43,711 nt of DNA from the IMG/VR virus record IMGVR_UViG_3300045988_142367. One strand, written 5' to 3'. The position numbers and the translations under genes are program-made. The notes under the pieces are model-generated. The model ran no database searches, was not told the DNA's origin, and saw nothing but the letters and a program-made list of their open reading frames with translations. Below, in pieces: positions 7,691 through 17,293 of the stretch (position 1 is its first letter; each line of letters begins with the position of its first letter). The DNA is from a virus.

Positions 7691-9343
7691 TTATTCAAGA
7701 GTCCAGCTGTCGTTTGACTCTATAGTGAGCGTCTTGGATTCTCCGGCAGCCACAAAGGTGAGGCTCTCTGGAGTGAGGTTGATGTAGGAAGAAGACCCCT
7801 GCTGGCTAAACGTGAAGTCTCGGGTGGCAGTCTTGTCGCCCTCACCGGTGACAGTTACTGTCACTACAAAGCCTCCACGAGGCTCCGTAGTAGGATTGGC
7901 TCCAACGGAGACAATGCCGTCAGAAGAGAGAGCAAATCCAGTTGCAGCGGTCTTGACCTTTGGACTGAGATCAAAGACAACCGCAGCAGTAGTGCTGGCC
8001 TCTGTTCTGGTGGCGCCAGAAGTATAGGTGACAGTCTGCTTGGCGCCAACATTGGAGTTGTCGGTCATGTTTCGGCTTTGGGTACCGTCAGCCTTGAGTG
8101 AAACCTCTGTGGCAACGGCAGAGTCAAAGGTGATGTCACCGTAAGTAGCGGTGTTGGCTGCCTGATATACATCTACAGAAGCGGACTTGGTAGCTGTAGT
8201 CTTCCAAGTAACCGTAGCAGTGAGAGTGCCCTTCTTAGTTCTGTTGGTAACAGTTGTACCAAGTGAAGCAGCTGAAACTCCCTCACTAAAGGTGATGGTA
8301 CAATCATCAGAGCCGTTGGTGAGGGCAACATCACTGGTGACTGAACCCGAGGTGTAAGTCTGTGAACCCTTGGCTGTAACCGTAGTAGAAGATACTGAAC
8401 CTCCGGAAGCTGGGATGTCAGCTGGAGCAGCCAGTGTCACATCCGTAACTGCATAAGTAACGGAATTGGCTTGCTGACTAACTGAAACCTCTTTGGAAGC
8501 AGACTTGCCATTAGCATTGAGAGTGATAGTTACAGTGCCTGAAATCACGTCTCCAACCACGGTTGTACGAGATTCCGCAGATACCTGACCCGTAGCTGTG
8601 GCAAGGGTAAGAGATGAAGGCCATCCGGTCTTAGTTGCATAAGCAACAGTGCCACCGGTAGTAATGGTGCCACCCCCCGAGGTAACACCGTTCCATCCCC
8701 AAGGCTGGGAGAAGGAAACAGAAGGGGCATCAACGGTACCACCGGCAGCAGGGATTTGCTGATAAGTACCCACGGTGAGGGTAACAGCACCATAAGACTT
8801 GACACCCTTGGCCTGAATGATGGCGATAGCATCAGTGACAACATCGCCGTTACCATTCTGAAGCTTGATCTCCAATGTTCTGGCAGCTTCAGTCTTGTTC
8901 TCTGGGATCTTGACGTCGATAGTGAAAGTGAACTGAGCATCCTTACCCGGATCGTCATCAATGCCCGTGTCAGTCTTTCCATCCCAAGAATCATCGTTGA
9001 CTGCGTTGACTTGGATCTTGTAGGCTGCCCCAGAGATAATCTTGCCCGTAGTCTCGGCCACCTTGATGTTTGCCGTATTTGCGGTACCAGTGATCTGAAT
9101 GGTGTCAGAACCGTCAGAGTTGCTACCCTTTGCAGCGGCATTGTAAGTCTTGGTCGGCACATTAATAAACTCAGCCTTACCGGCCTGAGAAACTGAAGTA
9201 GTGTCTGTTGCACCTCCAGTTGTTTTAGCAGTGATTGTTCCACCTCTCTGCTGACGCCCCGTGTACTCACTGGCGGTAACCGTTGTGGAATCGTTCTTGG
9301 AACCTGAGCTCTTGCCCAGTTTAATCCAACTCGGTTTTGCCAT
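7691..9343 (-). CDS. Tail fibre paralog with BACON/Ig-like repeats
   Basis: 550 aa. MAKPSWIKLGKSSG... and IAIIQAKGVKSYG...PWGWNGVTSGGG parallel the 921-aa protein. Ends ...LTIESNDSWTLE. Confidence 0.75.
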   Translation of the reverse strand: MAKPSWIKLGKSSGSKNDSTTVTASEYTGRQQRGGTITAKTTGGATDTTSVSQAGKAEFINVPTKTYNAAAKGSNSDGSDTIQITGTANTANIKVAETTGKIISGAAYKIQVNAVNDDSWDGKTDTGIDDDPGKDAQFTFTIDVKIPENKTEAARTLEIKLQNGNGDVVTDAIAIIQAKGVKSYGAVTLTVGTYQQIPAAGGTVDAPSVSFSQPWGWNGVTSGGGTITTGGTVAYATKTGWPSSLTLATATGQVSAESRTTVVGDVISGTVTITLNANGKSASKEVSVSQQANSVTYAVTDVTLAAPADIPASGGSVSSTTVTAKGSQTYTSGSVTSDVALTNGSDDCTITFSEGVSAASLGTTVTNRTKKGTLTATVTWKTTATKSASVDVYQAANTATYGDITFDSAVATEVSLKADGTQSRNMTDNSNVGAKQTVTYTSGATRTEASTTAAVVFDLSPKVKTAATGFALSSDGIVSVGANPTTEPRGGFVVTVTVTGEGDKTATRDFTFSQQGSSSYINLTPESLTFVAAGESKTLTIESNDSWTLE

Positions 9344-9391
9344 ACTTTTTAATGGTTTTAGAATGTTAATAAATTAGCCTTTATTAGGTGT

Positions 9392-9553
9392 TTAGTCGTT
9401 GTATTTGACTCCAAGAGTCCAGGAAGCATTAGATTCTACGGTTAGATCTTTAGTGCTCTCTGGGTCCGGGAATTCTAAGTTCTCTGGAACAAGTTTGATG
9501 AACTCATTCAGAGATTGATGCTTATGCATCATCAGAGCTCTAAATACACTCAT
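9392..9553 (-). CDS. 53-aa small ORF below the ORF-track cut-off; possible fibre-domain remnant
   Basis: My translation: MSVFRALMMHKHQSLNEFIKLVPENLEFPDPESTKDLTVESNASWTLGVKYND. LTVESNASWTL echoes the LTIESNDSWTL terminus of the 550-aa fibre. Confidence 0.35.
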   Translation of the reverse strand: MSVFRALMMHKHQSLNEFIKLVPENLEFPDPESTKDLTVESNASWTLGVKYND

Positions 9554-9556
9554 AGC

Positions 9557-9913
9557 TTAGACTTTTGGAAATTCTCCCCAGACAGCCAGAGACCCTATCA
9601 CTGAGACCACATATATGCGATCAGCTTGAGTGACAGGAGCCTCTCCGTTCATCCATTTGATGGTGGAGTCACCCACGATAGCATGAATGGTTGCTCCCAC
9701 TTCGATAGTATAGACAGTCTCTTTGTGAGATGCGCTTGCCTGAACAATGTAATCGTCCTCGAGCTCTGGGACATCTACGTAGGTGATACCATCTAGTCTA
9801 TCCAGTACTTGTTTTACGGTCTCATTTTTGTGCTTTATCTGATCTGAGTCTGTGACATATTGGCCCTCTAATGGGCGTCTTATTTCGCCATAGATCTTGA
9901 TATAATCTGCCAT
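9557..9913 (-). CDS. Hypothetical tail-module protein
   Basis: 118-aa ORF, tightly packed between tail genes on the same strand. Confidence 0.55.
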   Translation of the reverse strand: MADYIKIYGEIRRPLEGQYVTDSDQIKHKNETVKQVLDRLDGITYVDVPELEDDYIVQASASHKETVYTIEVGATIHAIVGDSTIKWMNGEAPVTQADRIYVVSVIGSLAVWGEFPKV

Positions 9914-9926
9914 GATATTCTAAGTT

Positions 9927-11042
9927 TTAAGAGATAACAATGGTCATAGGGTCAGTACCAGGAAGATCCTTAGTTCGATAGCACTTGTAGGTTCCCAGTG
10001 GAGTAGAAGCCTCTACTGGAGCCAAGAACGGAACATCGAAACCACTAGATGTAACCTTGTTGATTGACATGGTGTTAGGGACGCAGAGCCACATGTACTT
10101 AGTAGCATCATCATTGGTGAGAGTCTTGGTACCATTGAGAGAAGAGCCTCCCTTAGTCAGTGAAGTGATAGTCAACTCATTTCCTGTGGTGGCCTTAGAG
10201 AATCCATAGTATACTGGGAGATAGAGATTAGCACTGATAGACCTTGGTGAGTTCTTTATAGTAGTAGAACCCTTCTTAGCAGTGACTGAGCCAGATTTGT
10301 AGCCCTGAGTAGAGAGAGTGAATTTCTCTGAGCCCTCCGCTACATTCTCCAGGGTCTTAGTCTCGCCGTTGAACTGGATCTGGACAGTGTCAGCTACTAC
10401 TGGCTTAGAGTTTCTGAGAACCCTGAAAGATACACTGACCTCTACTGAGTTACCTGTCCATTCTGCCGAAGACGGCGAGATGGAAGCCTCAAGTGAAGTC
10501 GGGAAGCAGTAGTCCTGCAGCTCCCTTATGGCTCCTGTCACGACTCTGTTCTGCACGCAATTCTCACTGGTCTCAGAAAGTTCGGAGTCAGGCTTGCAGG
10601 ATTCACCTGGTGTGGGATCAGGGACATCTCCACCGCCCGATGTCTCTTTATCCACATAGAGATTGACAATACAACTGTCTTCCTGAACCCCGGAAGCATC
10701 GTTGCATGAGGCAACCCTTATGACTCCGTGCTGAAGTATCCTCTTCTTGATGCCGGAGCCATTGACGAAAACGACTTCCACCCCATAGTCGCCTATCGGG
10801 AGAGAGCCGGTTTCAACGAGTCCTCTGATCTCGTTGGTCGTGACAAACCGTGCTTTGACGGCGACTTTCCTGTCGGAACCTACCACCTTCGCCATTATTT
10901 CTGAGCAGTCCTCCAATTCGTAGGCTCTGTCTTGGCCGAACGTCAGTCCTTTCGACCAAAGACAGATCCTGATAGGGAAATCATTCCCCCTGACGACATG
11001 GAAAATGTCGTTTTTTTCGTTGTATGCGCAATTCATATTCAT
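9927..11042 (-). CDS. Hypothetical tail/baseplate protein
   Basis: 371-aa ORF in the tail module; beta-rich sequence with no recognisable motif. Confidence 0.6.
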   Translation of the reverse strand: MNMNCAYNEKNDIFHVVRGNDFPIRICLWSKGLTFGQDRAYELEDCSEIMAKVVGSDRKVAVKARFVTTNEIRGLVETGSLPIGDYGVEVVFVNGSGIKKRILQHGVIRVASCNDASGVQEDSCIVNLYVDKETSGGGDVPDPTPGESCKPDSELSETSENCVQNRVVTGAIRELQDYCFPTSLEASISPSSAEWTGNSVEVSVSFRVLRNSKPVVADTVQIQFNGETKTLENVAEGSEKFTLSTQGYKSGSVTAKKGSTTIKNSPRSISANLYLPVYYGFSKATTGNELTITSLTKGGSSLNGTKTLTNDDATKYMWLCVPNTMSINKVTSSGFDVPFLAPVEASTPLGTYKCYRTKDLPGTDPMTIVIS

Positions 11043-11067
11043 TAATATCTAATGCTTGAGTTCTTGG

Positions 11068-14000
11068 TTATCGTTCCTCCGAGGGGTCGAGCGTCAGCGC
11101 GGTGGCGAAATTCATGGAATTATCTGCCTCCTGTGTACATTCACAAGTTGCAATAACAGCCCCTGAACTTGTCAACAAACTCAAATCAAAGGTTCTCTCA
11201 GCAGTGCCATTAACATCTGGCTGTATGTACATAGGAGTTATGTTACGATCACCTCTACTGAATGGTAAATTTGCAGTTTTAGATGTTCCGTCTTCAGAAT
11301 AGGTAAAGGTGACATAGGATGGCCCATCAATCGTCCAACCTAAGTTGTCCGGGTTGTTAAGGGTGAGCTCCAACCCATCGGGACTCGATTCTGATTGCCC
11401 CAGACTGTCAAAGCGGAATGTAGAAGGAACATCCCAAGAAAGCAGGATCTTGGATTCCTGAGTTACGGTACAAGTAGCATAGACAGTATTCCCATCAGTG
11501 CTTACCAATTGTACAGTGCCGGTTCTTGAAGAGCCGGTGTCATTTGCCCTTGCCACCAGGTCGGTGTCGCGGTCTCCGGATCCCTCGGTAATCCCGTCGC
11601 TGACAAGGCACCAGTCCGGAAGCGTCAGTCTCCAGCCGGCGCTGTCTTTGTCCGTTATCGTGAAAATCGCTCCGTCGCCACCCGCCTCAAATGCTTGCGT
11701 CGCCGGGAGGGACCATGTGGCGGCCCTTGCCGCCGACTGCACAATCGTGAACGACTTCGAATATGTTCCCTTGCCGTCCGTTCTGGTTCCTGTTACCGTG
11801 ACTGTCCCGACGCGCTCGGAGGCCGTGGTGTTCTGCGCGAAGGTAACCTTAACCGAGGAGGATTCGATGGAGGCCGCAGCCGCTGAGAGTCCTCCGGACA
11901 CCGTCGCGTTCAAACCCGTAAGGTTTTGGTAGGACATCGGATTCGTCAATACAGTTAGCGTGGCCTTAACCGTGGCACTGTTCATGGAGAATGTGATGGA
12001 GGGTTCCAGCGATGCCGCCGCTTTCTGTTCCACGCTGCTTACGGCGAAGGTTGTGTTGCCGTCAGCGCTCTTCAGCGTTATGTTTCCAGACCGTTCCGCA
12101 CCGGTGTTGGCATCGACTTGGAACGAGACCTCTCCGCTGCCTGTTCCAGAATCGATTCCGCCTTCGGCTCCCATCCAGTCAGGGTACTCCACTTTCCAGC
12201 CAACATTGTAGTTGTCGGTGACCTGGATAGATGGAGCATTGCTTCCGTCGGCTTTGATGATCCAGGTTGAAGGCAAATTCCAGGACGGGTCGACTTTCGG
12301 AGTCTCAGCCTTGGCGGCTTGTTTGGCGACACATATTGTTAAATTACTCGCGCCGCTTTTGAGTATGAGTTCGAAACTGCGCGAAGAACCGGTGTCGTTC
12401 GCAGGGTATCTGACCGATAGTTTCCCTTGGCCTGTTCCGGTCGCAGAGCCTGACTCTAACGTCAGAGGACTATCGAACACTACTCTCCAGCCTGCTCTCG
12501 CAGGATCGCTTATGTTTATGTCAAAGGTGCCGCCGGCAGGATTCAAGGTCAGATATTCTCCGAGGTACGAAGAAGGAAGATCCCACGATGGGTCTTCGGC
12601 TGATGCCGCCGCTGCTTTCTGCGTCACCGTATACGACTTCGAGAAGGTTCCCTTGCCGTCCGTTCTGTCTCCTGTCAGGGTAACCGTGGCCATTTTCGCC
12701 GAATTGCCCGTGTTCTCCGCATAGGCGAACCCGATGAGGTAACCGGTGATCGACGGCCCCGTGGTTATGGTCATCCCTCCAGAGGCGGACACCCGAAGGT
12801 TGGTGAGTCCTGTCGTGGTGAACGTGTTTGTCACGGTGCCGGCCTTTGCCTCGACCTCTATGCTGTCTTTCTGGAAGCTGATGCTGACTTCAGCCGAAAA
12901 ATAGGTGACGTTCACTGACTTCTCGGCGTAGATGTTTGGTTTGTCTGTACTTGTCGCCCGGATCTTGACCGTAGAACCGTTCGCTCCTCCCTTGACAGTA
13001 AGCAGCCCCTTCTCATCGATGGACGCATAGTCCGAACCGCTCACCACACTCCAGGTTATGCTCCGCTGTGTCGTGTTCGACGGTGAATATGTCACCTGGA
13101 ACTGCGCCGTGTTGCTTACATCGTTCACGGTGGACGGCCCGAGGATGCCAAGTCCTGTGATGTCGATGTCCACTTTGTCAATGACAGTGTTGTTAGGGTT
13201 TGCGTAATGCCATTTGAACGTCATGCTGCTGACAGTCCTATCCGTCAGCGATGTCTTGAACTCGTCCACGACAATAGCCCGTTCCGAACCATCCTTCTCG
13301 ATGATGTACCTCTCCTTGGCCGCAAGAAACTCCAGCCAGTACCCGTTCATCCCGATGCTGTCGATGTGCCCGGAGTTCTGCTCGAATATCATCGAATAGT
13401 CATTCTCCAGCTCCTGCTCTATCCCGGAATTCACGAACACCTGCGTCTCCGACTCTATCGAGCGGCTGAACTTCCCGGTTGCGTGAATATATTCATACGT
13501 CCTTCGCCGCCCCAGGAACTTGTACGTCTTCAGTGGCAACCGCATCCTCTTGATGACGAAAGAATATACCGTTGACTTGCTTCCGGAACACTCTATCCAA
13601 ACATCATAGGACACTATGTTTGACACGTCCAGCCCCTTTGCGGAAGCGGTCGCCAGCATCGTGTCAGCGGAAATGTCAAGGTCATAATATTTCAGATTAA
13701 TGCTATACGTGGGACTGAGCTCGTAGTTGCTGGATGAGCCTCCGGCAAGATAGTTAAATCTGACATAGGTGGAGACATCACCCGCCATCCTGTAGAACCA
13801 GAGTCTGTCTTCGGCTCCGACATGGACAGGAGATTTTTCCGGCCTTGTCGTGAATATGGTCGCGGCAAGCGACTTGTAGGCGAACTTCCGGCAAGGCAGC
13901 ACACTGAAACTGTACGAGCAAGACGACGTGCCTTGCGTGGCTGCGAATACTCCTGTAATCATCCCGACACCGTTGCCTTTCAGAACCCTGAGTATTTCCC

Positions 14001-14172
14001 CCGCCGGCAACCGTACTATGCCAGAGTTTGGAGTCACCTCAAAACTCATGACCTCCTGATTGGGGACAAAGGTGTTGAGCCTGACGGAGATCGTCACCGT
14101 GTCATCCGATTCCGTGGTCAGCGTCAGCCAAGAGCTTTCGTCAGCGAATTGTATGCTACCTGTAAATTCCAT
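11068..14172 (-). CDS. Large tail/baseplate protein with a Big_2-like Ig domain and four tandem BACON-like domains
   Basis: ITWSVVSGSDYASIDEKGLLTVKGGANGSTVKIRATS is Big_2-like. Repeated modules of about 90 aa each start (D)PSW(D/N)LP... or SWDVPSTFRF. Confidence 0.75.
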   Translation of the reverse strand: MEFTGSIQFADESSWLTLTTESDDTVTISVRLNTFVPNQEVMSFEVTPNSGIVRLPAGEILRVLKGNGVGMITGVFAATQGTSSCSYSFSVLPCRKFAYKSLAATIFTTRPEKSPVHVGAEDRLWFYRMAGDVSTYVRFNYLAGGSSSNYELSPTYSINLKYYDLDISADTMLATASAKGLDVSNIVSYDVWIECSGSKSTVYSFVIKRMRLPLKTYKFLGRRRTYEYIHATGKFSRSIESETQVFVNSGIEQELENDYSMIFEQNSGHIDSIGMNGYWLEFLAAKERYIIEKDGSERAIVVDEFKTSLTDRTVSSMTFKWHYANPNNTVIDKVDIDITGLGILGPSTVNDVSNTAQFQVTYSPSNTTQRSITWSVVSGSDYASIDEKGLLTVKGGANGSTVKIRATSTDKPNIYAEKSVNVTYFSAEVSISFQKDSIEVEAKAGTVTNTFTTTGLTNLRVSASGGMTITTGPSITGYLIGFAYAENTGNSAKMATVTLTGDRTDGKGTFSKSYTVTQKAAAASAEDPSWDLPSSYLGEYLTLNPAGGTFDINISDPARAGWRVVFDSPLTLESGSATGTGQGKLSVRYPANDTGSSRSFELILKSGASNLTICVAKQAAKAETPKVDPSWNLPSTWIIKADGSNAPSIQVTDNYNVGWKVEYPDWMGAEGGIDSGTGSGEVSFQVDANTGAERSGNITLKSADGNTTFAVSSVEQKAAASLEPSITFSMNSATVKATLTVLTNPMSYQNLTGLNATVSGGLSAAAASIESSSVKVTFAQNTTASERVGTVTVTGTRTDGKGTYSKSFTIVQSAARAATWSLPATQAFEAGGDGAIFTITDKDSAGWRLTLPDWCLVSDGITEGSGDRDTDLVARANDTGSSRTGTVQLVSTDGNTVYATCTVTQESKILLSWDVPSTFRFDSLGQSESSPDGLELTLNNPDNLGWTIDGPSYVTFTYSEDGTSKTANLPFSRGDRNITPMYIQPDVNGTAERTFDLSLLTSSGAVIATCECTQEADNSMNFATALTLDPSEER

Positions 14173-14250
14173 ATCCGTGTTTCAATGGCAGGGTATATCA
14201 TCCCCAACCCAGGACAAATGTACACCTGGAGACCCCATTCAGAAAGGACA

Positions 14251-16056
14251 TCAGATTTCGATGAACTCGCCTCTGGTGGAGACCCTGTCCGAACCCGCCG
14301 CCACCGTCACCGAGAGCTTCGCCACGATCCATTTCCTCCCCCTGAAGTACACCGGCCTGTACAGCCTGAAGTTGTGCAGTTCGACAGGCGTGAGGTTCAC
14401 GTCCACGGCCACCCTCTGCCTCGTCTTTCCCAGCCACTGGGCGAATGCCTTGTGATATTCTTCCCAGAGACCGCCGGGAGTAAGGTCTTCGGTTCCAACA
14501 AACTGAAAGTCCGCCTTTGAGATAGGGGCGAATATGCCATTGCTGAAAAACTGATCCTCAAATGACACCCCTATGTAGACCTTGTTGTCACGCTCTTTTC
14601 CAACATCGTTCGGTTCAATTATAGCCGCCATGCTCCGTGGAAAAGTTGTGTCGGAAATGAATAATTTTTCCGGCACGCAGCCCGCTGTCATAAATTCGGT
14701 GCTATTGTCAAATGTGTCTGCGCCTTCCACATGGTTTTCCACAGGCTTTGCCCCTTTGTAAAGCAAGTCGCATTCATACGCTATTTCCGTTACAGGAACG
14801 ATCACGCCATTGTTTGGGTTATATTGTCTCCTTACGACTCCGTCATATTTGCGGCCAGAATAGACATCACCAGTAGCCTCGTCGAAGACCACCGAATAAT
14901 CCTCACTTGACGAAAAGTGCGCCAGTATGCCGCCCACATTGCCCTCTTGGATTCTTTCTACTCGACCGTCTTCCATATTTTGGGTTAGCTTTGTAGTGTC
15001 ATAGGAGATTCCATCGTCGCCATAGCCGAACTTATAAGATACGGCTTTCTCTTCCGAAGAAGAATAATCGTCCTCTATTTTTTCTTCCCAATCCTCGACA
15101 GGATAGCCAAGAACATCTTTATTCTCTATCATTCTAACTTTTCCGCCGTCGTTGAATATGGTCGAACAGAACATCGAACAAAGACCTTTAATCAACTCAG
15201 CGAAAGAGAGGTCTGGAAGGAACGAGGCCAAATCAGTGATCTTATTGTTTCCTGGAGTAGAAGATCCTCGCCTTGTGGGCTTTCCGGTTGACGGTGGCCT
15301 TGTTCCCGATGTTGCCACGTCACGCCACCTGTTCGGCTTCACCACGTCATCAAACAAGAATTCGTGGTATCTACCAAGAATGGATAGTTCAGCCCATCCG
15401 TTCCGGAGTAGCATGTCGTTAGGAACATTTACCGAGCATCCTGCCAGGATGACCCTCAATGGAATAGCCGGAATGAAGGTATTATAGGTAAAACTCTCTG
15501 ACGCATTGTAATAATTGTAATACTTCTTCCTGTAGAGGTAATCGTCTTCAGTTAGTTGCCCTGTGGTAGCGCCTGCTGAACCTGGCTCACCTGACACGGG
15601 AATTCTACTGATCACCGAATATGGCTGTATTGCAACATTTGTCTTGTTAATAAGCAGCGGCGTAGAAAACTTCGAGAGGGTGCTTGGGATGGAACCCGTG
15701 TCGAACTCCAGGATGCTCTTCTCCCAGATCTTCCCCTCCAGTTCCACCATCTTCTCCGTGAACGTGTACATCAGACATCCGTCCTCGATGCCGTCGTACA
15801 CCAGCGTGCCGGTCACGAAAGGCACGCCGCCGATCCACACCGAGGCCTCCAGCCTCTTCACGTTCGGAGCCAGGAACATCGCCGGAGTGTAGCCGAACAC
15901 CTTCCTGTTCACCGGCGACGGCGGGAACGAGATCTGCGTGCTGAAAGCTGAAGGGATATGCTCCTCGTCCAGCATCGGGTTCTCCATCTCGATCTGGAAC
16001 TCGAACCCCTTCGTAAGATCCAGCTCCGTGTAGTCCTTTGTCAGTATCCTAACCAT
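14251..16056 (-). CDS. Hypothetical baseplate / distal tail protein
   Basis: 601-aa ORF directly upstream of the large tail protein; no motif recognised. Confidence 0.6.
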   Translation of the reverse strand: MVRILTKDYTELDLTKGFEFQIEMENPMLDEEHIPSAFSTQISFPPSPVNRKVFGYTPAMFLAPNVKRLEASVWIGGVPFVTGTLVYDGIEDGCLMYTFTEKMVELEGKIWEKSILEFDTGSIPSTLSKFSTPLLINKTNVAIQPYSVISRIPVSGEPGSAGATTGQLTEDDYLYRKKYYNYYNASESFTYNTFIPAIPLRVILAGCSVNVPNDMLLRNGWAELSILGRYHEFLFDDVVKPNRWRDVATSGTRPPSTGKPTRRGSSTPGNNKITDLASFLPDLSFAELIKGLCSMFCSTIFNDGGKVRMIENKDVLGYPVEDWEEKIEDDYSSSEEKAVSYKFGYGDDGISYDTTKLTQNMEDGRVERIQEGNVGGILAHFSSSEDYSVVFDEATGDVYSGRKYDGVVRRQYNPNNGVIVPVTEIAYECDLLYKGAKPVENHVEGADTFDNSTEFMTAGCVPEKLFISDTTFPRSMAAIIEPNDVGKERDNKVYIGVSFEDQFFSNGIFAPISKADFQFVGTEDLTPGGLWEEYHKAFAQWLGKTRQRVAVDVNLTPVELHNFRLYRPVYFRGRKWIVAKLSVTVAAGSDRVSTRGEFIEI

Positions 16057-16062
16057 AAATTC

Positions 16063-16090
16063 CCCATTTTATGGCACAAAAATAGCCGCC
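16063..16090 (-). terminator. Intrinsic terminator after the toxin-candidate gene (copy 1 of a duplicated element)
   Basis: Minus strand reads GCCGCC-TGAG-GGCGGC followed by TATTTTTGTGCC. 16062-16090 matches 17245-17273 at 26 of 29 positions. Confidence 0.65.
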
Positions 16091-16117
16091 CTCAGGCGGC
16101 CACAAAGGACAACAAGA

Positions 16118-16579
16118 TTACTCTTCTAATTTGAATTTTTTCAGCACATAAGGCTTGATGGCCGGGGATTGTCGGACGTGGTCAAGACACTCTTTCAGGT
16201 CTTCTTCCTTTATATGTCCAAGATATTCAGCGCTTTCCAGAACCCTTTCGCTACTGAACTCCCTCACTGTGTAGCAATCCACATAGCTATCGTGATCAAG
16301 GAAATCATTGTCAGCAACTTTGACCAAATGCTGATATGGTGCGATCTGGGCAAACATGCTTTCATTGATCCGCGTGTTCACCAAAAGGGCGGCCAGCACA
16401 CCACCATCATCAGTCTGTCCTATGATAACAAATCTTTTCGGTTTGGAGTCCTTCCCTTGCTTGGGCTTAACCCTGTCCTCCGGAAACATCTCCATTTTCA
16501 GAACCTGACCGATCCCAATCGCCTGCTTCCTGAGTTTGTCAGGAAATGCTCCCAGTTCCATCATGATCTGGCAAACCAT
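16118..16579 (-). CDS. Candidate toxin partner of the Panacea antitoxin; sequence pattern reminiscent of the MazF/PemK fold
   Basis: 153 aa, overlapping the upstream DUF4065 gene by 19 nt. GQVLKMEMFP...KPKRFVIIGQTDDGGVLAALLVNT...DSYVDCYTVREFSSERV...LGHI resembles the G-x-V...RP-x-VV...T...S-x-V spacing of MazF-like toxins (by eye). Confidence 0.45.
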   Translation of the reverse strand: MVCQIMMELGAFPDKLRKQAIGIGQVLKMEMFPEDRVKPKQGKDSKPKRFVIIGQTDDGGVLAALLVNTRINESMFAQIAPYQHLVKVADNDFLDHDSYVDCYTVREFSSERVLESAEYLGHIKEEDLKECLDHVRQSPAIKPYVLKKFKLEE

Positions 16580-17166
16580 TCAGTATCAAGAAAGTCCTTC
16601 AGGTACTGCAACGCATCATCAGAGGCGTTTCCTTCCTTGGATATATTCATGATGTCCATCTCCTTGAGGGAAGTGCCACTGTTGAAAGCGCGGCTCCACT
16701 CCTGCCCGTGCGTGTCATCCATGATCTGACTGAAGGACATCCCGGCAACTTTGCTGATTCCGTAGTTCAGACATTCTATGTCAGACAGGGAAAGAAAATC
16801 CATGTCGGGTCTCTCTTTCGCTGAAAATCTCTCATTCTCGAAAGCTATGGCATCCGAAGCCAAATGCATGTCATCTGCCTTATGGTAGTCGAGCACACGA
16901 GAATCGCCACGTGCCATTTTCAGAATATTGTAGATGTTGGACGGTACCGGCCCGAACGGCAAAGCGCAGATGCAGTCCTTGAAGAGGGGAGTGCCATACC
17001 GCGCAAGGTGGTTCTGCTGCGCATAGTAAGCCGCCTTGACAAGGCTGTAGATGTCCCTCTTACCATCCTTACTATGCGTCAGGATGTAGAGCAGAACCGC
17101 CTTGATCACCAATATGTCATCTTTCCCAAGCCTCATGGATTTCCGTGTATTTCGTTTGCATATCAT
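16561..17166 (-). CDS. Panacea-domain protein (DUF4065 / COG3600 GepA-like), type II antitoxin candidate
   Basis: IYSLVKAAYYAQQNHLARYGTPLFKDCICALPFGPVPSNIYNILK matches the KLxKLLYYAQ...G.PLF...F.A...GPV....Y core of DUF4065. Confidence 0.75.
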   Translation of the reverse strand: MICKRNTRKSMRLGKDDILVIKAVLLYILTHSKDGKRDIYSLVKAAYYAQQNHLARYGTPLFKDCICALPFGPVPSNIYNILKMARGDSRVLDYHKADDMHLASDAIAFENERFSAKERPDMDFLSLSDIECLNYGISKVAGMSFSQIMDDTHGQEWSRAFNSGTSLKEMDIMNISKEGNASDDALQYLKDFLDTEWFARS

Positions 17167-17244
17167 TTGTGTTTACAAAGGAACAAACTTTAGACCAAAA
17201 TTCCAACACTTTCCGCTGATTTTCACATCGTTCTGTGTCCTTCT

Positions 17245-17275
17245 TGGCACAAAGACAGCCGCCCTGAGGCGGCTG
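17245..17275 (-). terminator. Intrinsic terminator after the lipoprotein gene (copy 2 of the duplicated element)
   Basis: Minus strand reads CAGCCGCC-TCAG-GGCGGCTG followed by TCTTTGTGCCA. Confidence 0.6.
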
Positions 17276-17293
17276 TATGGGACGGCGGGATTG

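Noticed and set aside
4856-14172. A diversity-generating retroelement acting on the repetitive tail-fibre genes.
   Set aside because: There is no reverse transcriptase ORF anywhere in the window. No template/variable repeat pair with adenine-specific mismatches is visible. The similarities are ordinary domain paralogy.
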